Counted from the stretch's first letter, positions 45,839-56,100 are shown. The stretch: 64,000 bases of DNA from an uncultured Chloroflexia bacterium (GCA_963830585.1 CAWHNA010000003.1:792903-856902); one strand, 5' to 3'. Numbers and translations are program-made. The notes: a model not told the origin generated them from the sequence alone.

Positions 45839-47030
45839 TTACTCGCTCACCCGCCGGAACCTCCAGAGTGCCAGCCCAAAAAAGAGCACGGCATACCCCA
45901 GCAGGGCTGCTGCCGGCACAAGGACGGAGTTGAAACCCAATCCCCGCCCCACGATGTTTTTGAAACCGTCCAATGCCCACGCCACCGGTGAAAAGTGTCC
46001 CACCGTCTGGAAGGCAGCACCGGTGACTTCCAGCGGAACCCATGCTCCCCCCAACCCGGAAAGGACGAACATTGGGATCAGCGAGAACATGACCGCCTGC
46101 TCCTCTGATTTCGCCAGGACGCCGATCAGCAGTCCCAGCGCAGCGATGCATACCGCCGTCATTGCCGCCACCAATAAGCGTTGCCAGGGGCAGCCGCATG
46201 TAGTCCACCTTCAAAAACTGCCCAAAAATGATCATCACCACGAACTCGCTGAAGATCATTACGAAGATCGCCAGGTAGTGCCCGAACAGGATCTGGATTC
46301 GGCTAGTGGAAGTGGTTAACAACCGCTGCAGCGAGCGCGTCTTGCGCTCATTGACAATGATCGTGGCTGCCGTCAGCAGTCCTGCAATGGCAAACTGGAT
46401 CATCATGGACGGAGAGGATGATGACATGGACATAATGTTTTGATTTTGCGGTATGGCGGACACGCCGGAAGTGACCGAAATCTGGATGGGCGGGTTCTGC
46501 CAGGCCACTAGCGCTGCCGCCAGGGCCGGGTCGAAAGCTGCTGGATCGTTTGTCATGGTCGCCGTGATATTCGCCGTCCGCACCGCGCTCCCCAATCGTT
46601 GCGCGGCTACCAGCACTTCATACTCGACCGTGGTGGTTGAGGGCTGGGACGGGTCGGCGTGGAAACCCAGTTTTAATGGGTTCCCGTCATGCAGTGCCTG
46701 TCCGTATCCGGTCGGGATCACGATGGCGGCAGCCAGCTTCCCGCTCCCCACCAGCTTTACAAGGTCTGCCTCGCTGCGCCCGGCGGTTTCGTCCAGGCGG
46801 ATCACGCTGGAGGTTGTCAGCAGGCTTTTCAGGTTCGTGCTCAGGCTGCTGCCGTCCAGGTCCAGGATACCCACCGGCAGGCGTGTGTCGGTCGTCTTTC
46901 CCGAGCCGCCGAAAGCCAGTCCGAATAGGATCGTAAAGGCAGCCGGCATGATCAGGAGAAAAAGGAAGGTCATCCGGTTTCGCAGGATTTGGCGCAGGTC
47001 TTTTGCGGTAATATCAAATATTTTTTGCAT
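45839..47030 (-). pseudogene. ABC-2 type exporter permease (second permease), one frame break
   Basis: The N-terminal 290 aa of track ORF 45270-47030 (MQKIFDITAKDLRQILRNRMTFLFLLIMP.., large external loop) join ORF 45839-46174 (LVAAMTAVCIAALGLLIG..FSPVAWALDGF) at about 46178. The remaining 290 aa of the 586-aa track ORF are out-of-frame read-through and are rejected. Confidence 0.75.
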
Positions 47031-47039
47031 GAGATCCTC

Positions 47040-48323
47040 CTACACGTACCGTTTCTGGAACCGCAGTACACCTACGACGAAGAACACGATGGACCAGGCA
47101 GCCAGCACCCCGAATGTTAATAAAAGGTCCTGCACCTGTCCCCCTTTCATGACCTTGAGCAATCCCTGGACTGCCCACCCGACCGGCTCGATCAGGGAGA
47201 CCTTTACCAGGGTATCCACAGAGCCTGACCCGACCGCGAATACTGGCAGTCCTCCGACAATTCCAAGAAGGGTTAACAATCCTCCGAATATCAGGCCGGC
47301 TTGTTTTGTGCTTTTCAGCAGGGAATTGAGGAAAATGCCGAATGTTGCTGCCGCCAGCATCGTGCCCACCGTCACCAGTGCCAGTGGGATCAACGCGCCC
47401 CAATTGAACCCGAATAACAGGCGGCCCAGGATCAGCAGCACCGTCATTTGCACCAGTACGGTCAGGCCGACCGCCAGGAATTTCCCGCCTAAAATGGTCG
47501 AATGACCGGTTGGGGTGGTAAATAATCTCGGCAGGGTTCCATCCTCGTCTTCCCGCAGGATGGATTGCGCCGTGGATGCACCGGTATAGAACGCATAAAA
47601 GATCGTCAACCAGCCCATGATCGGAGCCACGACTGTCACCAGCATATTTGCCGGTTGGCTGCTATCGGTCGTTGGTTGAATATCCAGCAGTGCCGATGTA
47701 GGATCGCTGGTCGATATGGAGGTCGTATACTGTGAAACCACCTGCCCGATCTGCGCCGGGTCCGTGCTGCCGGTCTGTTTGATGTACACATCCACCGCGA
47801 TTTTGGCGCCCGAAATATTGTCCATGAACTGGGACAGTATGGACTGGACGATGCCGGGTCCGATGGTCAGAGTGGGATCTTTATATAGGTCGATCTTTGC
47901 CTGTCCGTTCAGGTCCGAGAACTGCTGTGAAAAATCTGCCGGGATGATCAGCGCCACGCCGGCTTTTTGGTTGTCCACCTCTGCCCGGGCTGTTTCCGCG
48001 CTGTCAGCCACGCTGATTTCCATGAGACTGGCGAAGCTTTTTTCCTGCAGGGTTGCCAGGATCACGTCTCCCATCGAATTCGCCTGCTGTCCGCTCGGGA
48101 ACTGGCCTTTGATTGCGTCGAACGCAGCCCCTCCCGTGTCCAGGTTGGCGACCACCACCTTGGTCACTGGGACGCTGAATCCCTGGGGGTTGTTGGAATT
48201 GTTTCCGAACATGAGGTAGAACATGCCGGTCATGACCAGCGGCACCCCGAACATGAAGACCAGTGCGAAAGCGCTGCGGAAGGAGCGCGTCATGTCCTTG
48301 ATGGCAATATCGAGGATTTTCAT
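47040..48323 (-). CDS. ABC-2 type exporter permease (first permease)
   Basis: The start is MKILDIAIKDMTRSFRSAFALVFMFGVPL, 4 nt after the ATPase stop. It has a large extracytoplasmic loop followed by 5 C-terminal TM helices. Confidence 0.8.
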   Translation of the reverse strand: MKILDIAIKDMTRSFRSAFALVFMFGVPLVMTGMFYLMFGNNSNNPQGFSVPVTKVVVANLDTGGAAFDAIKGQFPSGQQANSMGDVILATLQEKSFASLMEISVADSAETARAEVDNQKAGVALIIPADFSQQFSDLNGQAKIDLYKDPTLTIGPGIVQSILSQFMDNISGAKIAVDVYIKQTGSTDPAQIGQVVSQYTTSISTSDPTSALLDIQPTTDSSQPANMLVTVVAPIMGWLTIFYAFYTGASTAQSILREDEDGTLPRLFTTPTGHSTILGGKFLAVGLTVLVQMTVLLILGRLLFGFNWGALIPLALVTVGTMLAAATFGIFLNSLLKSTKQAGLIFGGLLTLLGIVGGLPVFAVGSGSVDTLVKVSLIEPVGWAVQGLLKVMKGGQVQDLLLTFGVLAAWSIVFFVVGVLRFQKRYV

Positions 48324-48325
48324 TT

Positions 48326-49263
48326 TCAATCCCTCAATGCTTTCCCCGTGAGATGCAGGAAAACAGCTTCCAGGTTCGGTTCCTGGATGGCAACGGAGGT
48401 GATGCGCACCCCGTCTCCCGGCAGCCGTTTCGAACAACCTCGGCAGTACCTGGTTGCTGTCGTCCGCCAGGACGGTCAGGGTTCCGTCCTGGGCTGTGAC
48501 CTGTTTTACGCCTGGCGCACTTTTCCATGCCTCCAGGACTTGTCCACTTTCGGCATTGATCGTTAGCGTGATGCGGTCCATCTGGCCCACGATCTTGACC
48601 AATTCCGCCTCCGTACCGAAGGCGATCATCTTGCCGGCATCCATGATGGCGATGTGGTCCGATAGCTCCTGGGCTTCTTCCATGTAATGGGTGGTATACA
48701 GCACCGTCATGCCCTGGTTTTTAAGGCTCACCACGCTGTCGAGAATATTACGGCGGGACTGTGGGTCGATTCCCACGGTTGGTTCGTCCATGTAAATGAC
48801 CTGCGGCTTATGCAGGAGCGCTACGCCAATATTGACGCGCCGTTTCATCCCGCCCGAGTATTTCTTGATATATTCCTTGGCCCTGTCCGTCAGTCCGATG
48901 ATTTCCAATACTTCGTCCACCCGCGATTTTAAGCGCAGCCCCGCGCAGCCCGTACATTTTGCCCCAGAAGTTCAGGTTTTCCCGGGCAGACATGTCTTCA
49001 TACAGGGCGATTTCCTGTGGCACCACGCCCAGCACCGACTTGACCCCCATCTGGTCGCTGCGGATGGAGTGTCCCATTACCAGGGCATCCCCCTCGTCCG
49101 GGCGCAGGAGACAGGAAAGCATTGAAATACTGGTGGTTTTCCCGGCCCCATTTGGGCCGAGCAGGCTGAAGATCTCGCCTTTTTCCACATCGAACGAAAT
49201 CCCGTTTACCGCCTTCAGGTCGCCGAATGCTTTGTGCAGGTTTTTGACTTCAATTGCATGCAT
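48326..49263 (-). pseudogene. ABC transporter ATP-binding protein (ABC-2/DrrA-like), two frame breaks
   Basis: MHAIEVKNLHKAFGDLKAV..LLGPNGAGKTT (Walker A). Break 1 is at an A-run near 48930 (..GAALK/SRVDEVLEIIGL). After it come YSGGMKRRV and IYMDEPT. Break 2 is near 48415 (..ETAAG/DGVRITSVAIQEPNLEAVFLHLTGKALRD, then stop). Confidence 0.8.
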
Positions 49264-49275
49264 GCTGTTCCCTCC

Positions 49276-49443
49276 TTAACGAAAGCTGTGATTCCCAGGA
49301 AAACCAGCCAGATCCCCGAAAGTAGGACCTGTACTTTTTTGTACAATCCCCCCTATTATATTCGTTTCCGCCCCGGCTGTACCCAGCGCCATCGCTGCGG
49401 CTTTAAAAATAATGAACACGATCTTGCCATTTTTCTTATTCAT
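49276..49443 (-). CDS. hypothetical 55-aa protein with signal-peptide-like N-terminus, first cistron of the ABC-2 operon
   Basis: Below the 60-aa cut-off of the ORF track. GGAGG lies 8 nt upstream of ATG 49443. Translation: MNKKNGKIVFIIFKAAAMALGTAGAETNIIGGIVQKSTGPTFGDLAGFPGNHSFR. The TAA stop sits inside the AAGGAGGG RBS of the ATPase gene, 12 nt before its ATG. Confidence 0.5.
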   Translation of the reverse strand: MNKKNGKIVFIIFKAAAMALGTAGAETNIIGGIVQKSTGPTFGDLAGFPGNHSFR

Positions 49444-49827
49444 TTTACTGGCCTCCGTAAGAATATATATTCAATATTATGTCCTCCCCGGATTCTTGCC
49501 CTCGGCTGACCGGATGGTTCTAACCTGTCCTTTCGGACAGGCTCCTCCCTTTTGGATAATTTCAAGGATATTTCCCCCTCCCCGAGTCGGGGCGGCTTCG
49601 TACTACCCGTTCGCGAAGCATCCATAATTTGGCGGGGGTATGGGGAATAAGCAATCATTCCCTCTAGTTCCCCTCCCCTATAGGGGAGGGGCTAGGGGTA
49701 GGGTCATATACACTTTATATTTCCATCTTAGATACAGTAAATCACCCTCTGGTAATAATCATTCCTTGAGATACAATTTATATATGTCGATAGATTGATT
49801 ATTCCATCCTCAAAGGACAATTACCCG

Positions 49828-50804
49828 ATGAACAGCCGCCAGCGCTTCCTCGAAACCATGCAGTTCGGTCACCCTGACCATGTCCCTTATTTCGAAGAAG
49901 GCATTCGGGACGACGTTATTAAAGGTCTGGCGCAAACAGGGTTTGCCTGCGGATGCTGACCTGGACAAGATGTTTGCCTCCGATTTGCGCGAAGAGATCG
50001 ACCTTGGATGTCTACCCTCACCCCTGGCCCAAACACTGGCCGGCCAAACCTTCCGATCTAAAAGCCTTCTCCCGCCGCCTCGACCCGCATGACCGCACCC
50101 GCCTACCGGATAACTGGAAACGCTCCCTTCCGGGCTGGAAACAGCGCCAGCATGTCCTCATGATGCGCATCCACCAGGGCTTCTTCCTGACCATGGGAGT
50201 GTATGGCTGGGACCGTTTTTATGAGTTGATGAAATTGATCCATGACGATCCTGGATTTGTGCGCGATATGATGAAGATCCAGGCTGAGTTTGTCGCAGCC
50301 CTGACCGACCGTGCTCTGCAGGGTGTGGACATCGACGCTGCGGTTTTCAGCGAACCGATCGGAGCCAACCACGGACCGCTGATATCACCCTCGATGTTCG
50401 TAGATTTTGTATTGTCGAGTTATGCCCCGATTCTGGATGTTTTGCACCGGCATAACGTAAATATTATCATCCTGCGCACCTACGCCAATGCCCGCCTGCT
50501 GTTGCCCGTGCTGATCGATCATGGATTCGATTGCTTGTGGGCCTGCGAAGTCAACACGGCCTCCATGGATTATCGTTCCTTGCGCAAAGAATTTGGAACC
50601 CGACTGCGTTTGATCGGGGGCGTGGACCTGGATGTGCTTCGGGACGGTCGTGATGCCATCCGGCGCGAAGTGGAAGAGAAGGTCCCGCCTTTGCTCGCCC
50701 AGGGTGGCTATGTCCCGCTTGCGGACGGCCGCGTGCGTAAAGATATCCCCTTTGAAAATTATATTTACTATCGTCAGTTATTGGAAAAAGTCACCCGTTC
50801 TTAG
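49828..50804 (+). pseudogene. uroporphyrinogen decarboxylase (URO-D) family protein, two frame breaks
   Basis: MNSRQRFLETMQFGHPDHVPYFEEGIRDDV, then a break near 49917, then KVWRKQGLPADADLDKMFASDLREEIDL, then a break near 50005, then DVYPHPWP....GFFLTMGV..AAVFSEPIG..GGVDLDVL..GGYVPLADGRV. Span length is 3n+2. Confidence 0.65.
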
Positions 50805-50976
50805 TACCGGTGTCGTTCGCAGCAACTACCTTGCGACATCATTCTCCGTGGGGGGGATCCCTTGGTACCTGAGCGAATCTCTTGGAAATCGAAGTAACGA
50901 CTTATGTCGTTGAGTTTTTGTTCATCGATAGACAAAAAATCCATCTCCCTCCAAAGTCTTTTGGTACAATCCACTC

Positions 50977-51828
50977 ATGCCAGCCATCAACCTGGGGAAA
51001 CTCAAGAGCCATCGCGACCGCACTTTCCATTTCCTTTCGTCAAATCGAATTTCAAGCCCATCCGGTGCATTGGACTTCGTCAATGAACGCGGCTTCATCT
51101 TCTTCTGGCCCATTTCAGGGGTTGACCTGCCTTCCCTCTGGAAGGGGGTCGCGGGGAACCGCGAGGTTCCTGATAACCACGATGATCCCGGTCACATCAC
51201 CTGGGGCTGGAAGGATGACGCCATCCCGAAGAAGATCTGGTACTACGCCAAGGTTCTACGCCGTAAAGCGACCATTATCTCCCTTGAAACTGCTCCGTAT
51301 TTCTATGCTCTCTCCGATAATTACGGATCCCCCGAAGAAGATTACCTCGTTTCTTACGAAGAGGGTCGCCTGACTCAGGCGGCGAAACAAATCTACGAAA
51401 CTCTCTTGGATAAAGGCAGCCTCGACACCATCTCCCTTCGCAAGGATGCCCGCATGCTGAACGCCAAAGAATCTGCCTTCAACCGTGCCATGGAGGATCT
51501 CCAAATGGACTTCAAGATCCTGCCGGTCGGGATTGCCGAGGTCGGGTCTTGGAAATATGCTTACCGGTATGACTTAACCTCCCGGCACTATCCCGATCTG
51601 GAGCAGCAGGCTCGGGAGATCGGTGAGGCAGAAGCCCGTCAAAAATTGGTGGAATTATATTTTGCCTCTATTGGCGCGGCCCAGGTTCACGCGGTGACCA
51701 AGCTTTTCGGCTGGCCTCCCGAACTCGTCCGCCGCACCCTGGAAAAACTCGTCCAAAAAGAAGAGTTGGTCGAGGCAGATCACCCAAAGAATCCCGGTCC
51801 TTGGCTCGCCTTGCCGGAATTGATATAA
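50977..51828 (+). CDS. hypothetical protein (possibly winged-helix / AlkZ-YcaQ-like)
   Basis: 283-aa ORF preceded by TGGTACAAT (extended -10 like). The family assignment is only a weak recollection (..FIFFWP..WYYAKVL.. pattern). Confidence 0.45.
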   Translation: MPAINLGKLKSHRDRTFHFLSSNRISSPSGALDFVNERGFIFFWPISGVDLPSLWKGVAGNREVPDNHDDPGHITWGWKDDAIPKKIWYYAKVLRRKATIISLETAPYFYALSDNYGSPEEDYLVSYEEGRLTQAAKQIYETLLDKGSLDTISLRKDARMLNAKESAFNRAMEDLQMDFKILPVGIAEVGSWKYAYRYDLTSRHYPDLEQQAREIGEAEARQKLVELYFASIGAAQVHAVTKLFGWPPELVRRTLEKLVQKEELVEADHPKNPGPWLALPELI

Positions 51829-51872
51829 AGTTGATTATTGGTGTACCTTTTTTCAAGGGGAGCATGAAAAAT

Positions 51873-52554
51873 AAAGGAATTGCAAGCGAATCTGGTAAAT
51901 ACCTTTATTCATCTCACATTTCCACCCATTAAGGCTGCGAAACGTCTTCGTTTGTAAAGGGAAGATGGGCGATCATTTCATAGGAGTTGAATTACGCCAC
52001 TTCCCGTCATGTTCGATAAATTATAATGAATAAAAAGGATATTGCGAGCGATGCTGGTAAGCCCCTTTATTTATCTCATATTTTCTCCCGTTTAGGCTAT
52101 GAAACTTCTTCGCTTGTAAAGGGAAGATGGGCTATCATTTCATAGGAGTTGAATTACGCCACTTCTTGTCATGTTCGATATATTATTATGAAAAAAAAGG
52201 ATATTGCGAGCGATGCTAGTAAGCCCCTTTATTTATCTCATATTTTCTCCCATTTGGGCATGGAAACGTCCTCGCTAATAAAGGGACGATAGGCGATTAT
52301 TTCATAGAGTTGAAATATGCCACTTCCTGTCGTTTTAGATAAATGATTTATTATCAAAGGATATTGCGATCTTAACTGGTAAACGCCTTTATTTATCTAA
52401 TATTTCTCTCAATTAGGCTGCGAACCGTCTACGCTTGTAAAGGGTAGATGGGCTACCATTTCATGGAGGTTGAAACATGCCATTTCCTGCCATTTTCGAT
52501 AAATTATAATGAAAAAAAGGATATTGCGAGCGGAGCGAGCAATATCCTTTTTTT
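51873..52554 (+). repeat. tandem array of four ~160-bp non-coding units plus a terminal perfect hairpin
   Basis: Unit starts (AAAGGATATTGCGAGCG) are at 51873, 52034, 52196 and 52356, with a truncated fifth at 52516. Periods are 161, 162, 160 and 160 bp. The fifth unit closes as AAAGGATATTGC-gagcggagcga-GCAATATCCTTT followed by TTTT. No ORF is conserved across the units. Confidence 0.85.
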
Positions 52555-52740
52555 CATACTCGCCCCGCCCCAAGAGTGGGGCGGGGACGGGGTGGGGTTG
52601 GGTTTTTGATTTTTTGGTCACCAAATATTATTAGGGGGGAGGATGGGTAGCAAATTATTGATATATAATTTGGTTTCAATTCAGTACATCCTACAATTAA
52701 TTTTCCCAAATGGTAATGGATAATAAACAAGAGGTAAATA

Positions 52741-53652
52741 ATGGATATAGCCATCATGATCGAAGCCCAGAACGGACTCACCTGGCCTCGCTGGCAAAAC
52801 CTCGCCGCCGCCGTTGAAGACCTCGGCTTTGCCGGGCTCTACCGCTCCGACCATTTCACCAACGCCCAGCCTCCGGACATGGAATCTCTGGAGCTGTGGG
52901 TCTCCCTTACCTGGCTGGCCTCCCACACCAAACGCATCGAATTCGGTCCCCTGGTTTCACCCGTTTCTGTCCGCAACCCGGTGCTCACCGCCCGCATGGC
53001 CTCCGCCGTCGACGACCTCAGCGGCGGGCGCCTCACCCTCGGTCTCGGTGCAGGCTGGCAGGAGCGCGAGCACAATACTTTTGGTTTTGATTTATTGGAT
53101 CTGAAATCGCGCTTCGATCGCTTCGAAGAAGGGCTGCAGGTTGTTACCCTCCTCCTGAAATCTGATTCTCCCGTAACCTTCTCAGGTAAATACTACCAAT
53201 TGCGTGAAGCCGCTCTTCTTCCGCGCCCTGCCCGCCCCGGCGGACCGCGCATCCTGGTTGGCGGCATCGGCGAAAAACGCACCTTGCCGCTCGTAGTTAA
53301 ATTCGCGGATGAGTGGAATGCTATTTTCTCCCCGCCTGCGGAATTTAGCCGCTTGAACACCCGCCTGGAAGGGTTGTTGAAAACCGCCCACCGCGATCCG
53401 AGATCCGTGCGTCGCTCCATGATGACCGGTCTTCGCTTCGGACGCACAAGGAAAGAACTGGACGCGAAATTATCCGACCGCCATCAAACGATTGCAGAGC
53501 TTCACAAACGCGGCATCGTAGTTGGGGTGGGGGACGAGATTAAGCAGCACTTGGAAGAGTTGGAAAAGACTGGTCTCCAGCGCCTCATGCTCCAGTGGCT
53601 GGACCTGGACGATCTGAAAGGTCTCTCCGCCCTGGCGAAGGTGGTGTTGTGA
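52741..53652 (+). CDS. LLM-class (luciferase-like) F420-dependent oxidoreductase
   Basis: 303 aa: MDIAIMIEAQNGLTW..LGFAGLYRSDHF..LSGGRLTLGLGAGWQEREHNTFGFD. Confidence 0.8.
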   Translation: MDIAIMIEAQNGLTWPRWQNLAAAVEDLGFAGLYRSDHFTNAQPPDMESLELWVSLTWLASHTKRIEFGPLVSPVSVRNPVLTARMASAVDDLSGGRLTLGLGAGWQEREHNTFGFDLLDLKSRFDRFEEGLQVVTLLLKSDSPVTFSGKYYQLREAALLPRPARPGGPRILVGGIGEKRTLPLVVKFADEWNAIFSPPAEFSRLNTRLEGLLKTAHRDPRSVRRSMMTGLRFGRTRKELDAKLSDRHQTIAELHKRGIVVGVGDEIKQHLEELEKTGLQRLMLQWLDLDDLKGLSALAKVVL

Positions 53653-53683
53653 TTCCTAGGTAATTGATCTTCGATGGATGGGT

Positions 53684-53731
53684 AAAAAAACAATGATATT
53701 GCGAGCGAAGCGAGCAATATCATTGTTTTTT
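53684..53731. terminator. bidirectional hairpin terminator, sequence twin of the hairpin that ends the tandem array
   Basis: AAAAAAA-CAATGATATTGC-gagcgaagcga-GCAATATCATTG-TTTTTT. The core GATATTGC-GAGCGRAGCGA-GCAATATC is shared with 52519-52547. Confidence 0.6.
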
Positions 53732-53803
53732 CCTCTTTTCCCCCGTCCTGAGGGACTGCGAAGCGCACCCGCAGGGTGAGGGGGTCAGGGGGATGGGTTA
53801 ATC

Positions 53804-54884
53804 TTAACAAATCCTCGGCAGCAGCTCCCCCGCTGGCACATCCACTACCCTCATCCCCCCGATCGAAGTCTTCGCCGTCACCATTCCAGGGTGATCATCA
53901 ACCACGCGCCCAATGATGGCGGCATTTTTCCCGTACTCATCCCCGCGCATGGCAGCTAAAACAGCGTCCGCCGCCTCTTCCGATACGATCGCCACCAGCT
54001 TCCCCTCGTTGGCAATATAGAACGGGTCCAGCCCCAGCATCTCGCAGGCTGCATTCACCTCCGGGCGGATGGGTACCTTCCTCTCGTCGAATTCGATCCC
54101 TGCCTTCGAAGAATCTGCCAGTTCGTTCAATACTGCCGCCAGCCCGCCGCGGGTCGCATCCCTCAAACAATGAATTCCCTTGCTCTCTCCCGCCTCGATC
54201 ATCGCCTCCACCAGCCCGTACAGCGGCGCCGTATCGGACCGGATCTCAGTCTCGAACGTCAACCCTTCCCGCACCGACATGATCGCGATCCCATGATCCC
54301 CCATCGTCCCGCTCACCAGCACCACATCTCCCGCCTTGGCATTCGCCGGTCCGATATCAATTCCGGATGGGATCATCCCCAGCCCGGATGTGTTGATATA
54401 GATCCCGTCGCCGTGTCCCCTTTGCACCACCTTGGTATCCCCGGTGGCAACCTTCACTCCTGCTTTCTTGCACGCAGCTGCCATGGTGGTCACGATATTG
54501 CCGAGCGTTTCCATCGGCAGCCCCTCTTCCAGGATGAACCCCGCTGATAGGTACAGCGGTTTTGCCCCTCGCATCGCCAGGTCGTTTACCGTCCCGTATA
54601 CCGCCAGTTCGCCGATATTCCCACCGGGGAAGAACAGCGGGCTGACCACGAACGAATCGGTTGTGAATGCCAGGGACGAATCTTCGATTTCCCAACAATG
54701 CTGGATCGAATTTCGTCGCATCCCCCATCTGACCCAGCCACTCGTTGTCGAATGCCGGCGCGAATAGATGCTCGATCAGGTCCGCCATCATCTTGCCGCC
54801 CGCCCCGTGTCCCATTACGATGGTCGGATAGTTTTGCAGCGGGCGCGGGCACGTCCATCCCAGCAGGTTTATTTTTTCTGTCAT
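53804..54884 (-). pseudogene. hypE: hydrogenase maturation protein HypE (carbamoyl dehydratase), one frame break
   Basis: The N-terminal ORF has ..IVMGHGAGGKMMADLIEHLF..GDA. The break is near 54697. The C-terminal ORF has IEDSSLAFTTDSFVVSPLFFPGGNIGELAVYGTVNDLAM.. and ends with the diagnostic PRIC. Confidence 0.85.
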
Positions 54885-56047
54885 TGGCTAACTGTGGGCT
54901 CAAGCGCACGCTTGGCTTTTCCTGAGACTTTGGAATATCTCCCGTACCGGTAATAGGCCGCACACGCCCCCTCAGACGAGACCATGGTCGCGCCCAGCGG
55001 GGTCTGCGGGGTGCATTCCTTGCCGAACGCTGTGCACTCGCTCGGTTTTTTGCGTCCCTGCAGCACCAGCCCGCTGATGCACAATGGGTTCTCTTTTGTC
55101 TGGATCGCCTGCACCTGGGGGAAACGCCGTTCAGCGTCGAACTCAGCGAACTCTGGGCGCAGCTTGTAACCCGACATCGGGATGACCCCGATCCCGCGCC
55201 AGGCCCGGTCGGTCATCTCGAACACTTGCTTGATCACTGCCTGCGCCGGCCGGTTTCCTTCCCGGCTGACCGAGCGTTCGTAAGCGTTCTCCACTGTGTG
55301 GCTGCCGGCCTCTAACTGTCGCACGCATTTGAGGATTCCATGCAGCAGGTCCACCGGTTCGAAGCCTGTTACAACTATTGGGATTTTATATTTCTCCACC
55401 AGCGGCTCGTATTCCCAGAATCCCATCACCGTGCAGACGTGACCCGCTGCCAGGAACCCGTCGATCTTTTGGTCGGGTGAAGTAGTCCCTGTTTCAACCT
55501 GGGATGAGTCCATCAGTGCGCTTATCGCCGCCGGGACGGTCACATGCGAGACCAGCACGGCAAAGTTCTTTATCCCCTGGGCTTTGGCTTGCATCACTGC
55601 CATGGCGTTGGCGGGGGCGGTGGTTTCGAAACCGATCGCGAAGAAGAGCACGGTTTTGCTGGGGTTGTCTTTGGCGATCTTCAGGGCGTCCAGCGGGGAA
55701 TAGACGATGCGCACGTCTCCTCCCTGGGCTTTCACTGCGAACAGGTCCTGTTTTGACCCCGGTACTCGCAGCATGTCCCCGTACGAGCTGAAGATCACCT
55801 CCGGCAGGGACGCTAGTGCGATGGCTTTATCCACCTGCTCCAGCGGGGTCACGCACACCGGGCAGCCCGGCCCGTGCACCAGCTCGATCTGGGGCGGTAG
55901 CATCTGGTCGAGCCCCGACTTGATGATCGAATGCGTCTGACCCCCGCAGACTTCCATGAGCGTCCAGTTGCGGGTGATTGTTTTTTGGAGGTCGGCGAGC
56001 AGTTTCCTGGTCAGGTCTGCGTCGCGGTATTCGTCGATATATTTCAT
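54881..56047 (-). CDS. hypD: hydrogenase maturation protein HypD
   Basis: [31 protein letters not shown] and C-terminal Cys motifs. It overlaps the hypE start by 4 nt. Confidence 0.9.
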   Translation of the reverse strand: MKYIDEYRDADLTRKLLADLQKTITRNWTLMEVCGGQTHSIIKSGLDQMLPPQIELVHGPGCPVCVTPLEQVDKAIALASLPEVIFSSYGDMLRVPGSKQDLFAVKAQGGDVRIVYSPLDALKIAKDNPSKTVLFFAIGFETTAPANAMAVMQAKAQGIKNFAVLVSHVTVPAAISALMDSSQVETGTTSPDQKIDGFLAAGHVCTVMGFWEYEPLVEKYKIPIVVTGFEPVDLLHGILKCVRQLEAGSHTVENAYERSVSREGNRPAQAVIKQVFEMTDRAWRGIGVIPMSGYKLRPEFAEFDAERRFPQVQAIQTKENPLCISGLVLQGRKKPSECTAFGKECTPQTPLGATMVSSEGACAAYYRYGRYSKVSGKAKRALEPTVSQ

Positions 56048-56100
56048 GGGGTGTTCTTACTACTTTCCATGGGCGGCGAACCGCCGCTGGCTGATGGTTA

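Noticed and set aside
45270-47030. 586-aa ORF suggesting a very large permease overlapping the MFS gene
   Set aside because: Only the first ~290 aa are ABC-2 permease. After about 46178 the sequence is out-of-frame read-through (GGGNDGGMHRCAG.., Arg/Pro-rich) that runs antisense into the MFS gene. The genuine C-terminus is ORF 45839-46174.
46453-47505. 350-aa + strand ORF
   Set aside because: It is antisense to the two ABC-2 permease genes. The composition (R/S/P/A-rich) is not protein-like and there is no RBS.
47040-48920. 626-aa ORF that could be read as a natural ATPase-permease fusion
   Set aside because: The joint (..ETAAGRRGAHHLRCHPGTEPGSCFPASHGESIEGLK-MKIL..) is frame-shifted ATPase sequence. 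In the correct frame the ATPase ends ..LHLTGKALRD with a TGA stop 4 nt before the permease ATG at 48323.
51873-52554. Repeat array considered as a CRISPR array or an integron attC cassette array
   Set aside because: The units are contiguous ~160-bp near-copies with no short direct repeats alternating with unique spacers. No cas or intI genes are in the window. No RYYYAAC/GTTRRRY core pair is recognisable at the unit borders.
52409-52781. Minus-strand ORFs of 71 and 75 aa across the repeat, hairpin and G-tract region
   Set aside because: They are made of repeat and palindrome sequence (..PHPVPAPLLGRGEYEKKDIARSARNILFF..). They have no RBS and no equivalents in the other repeat units.
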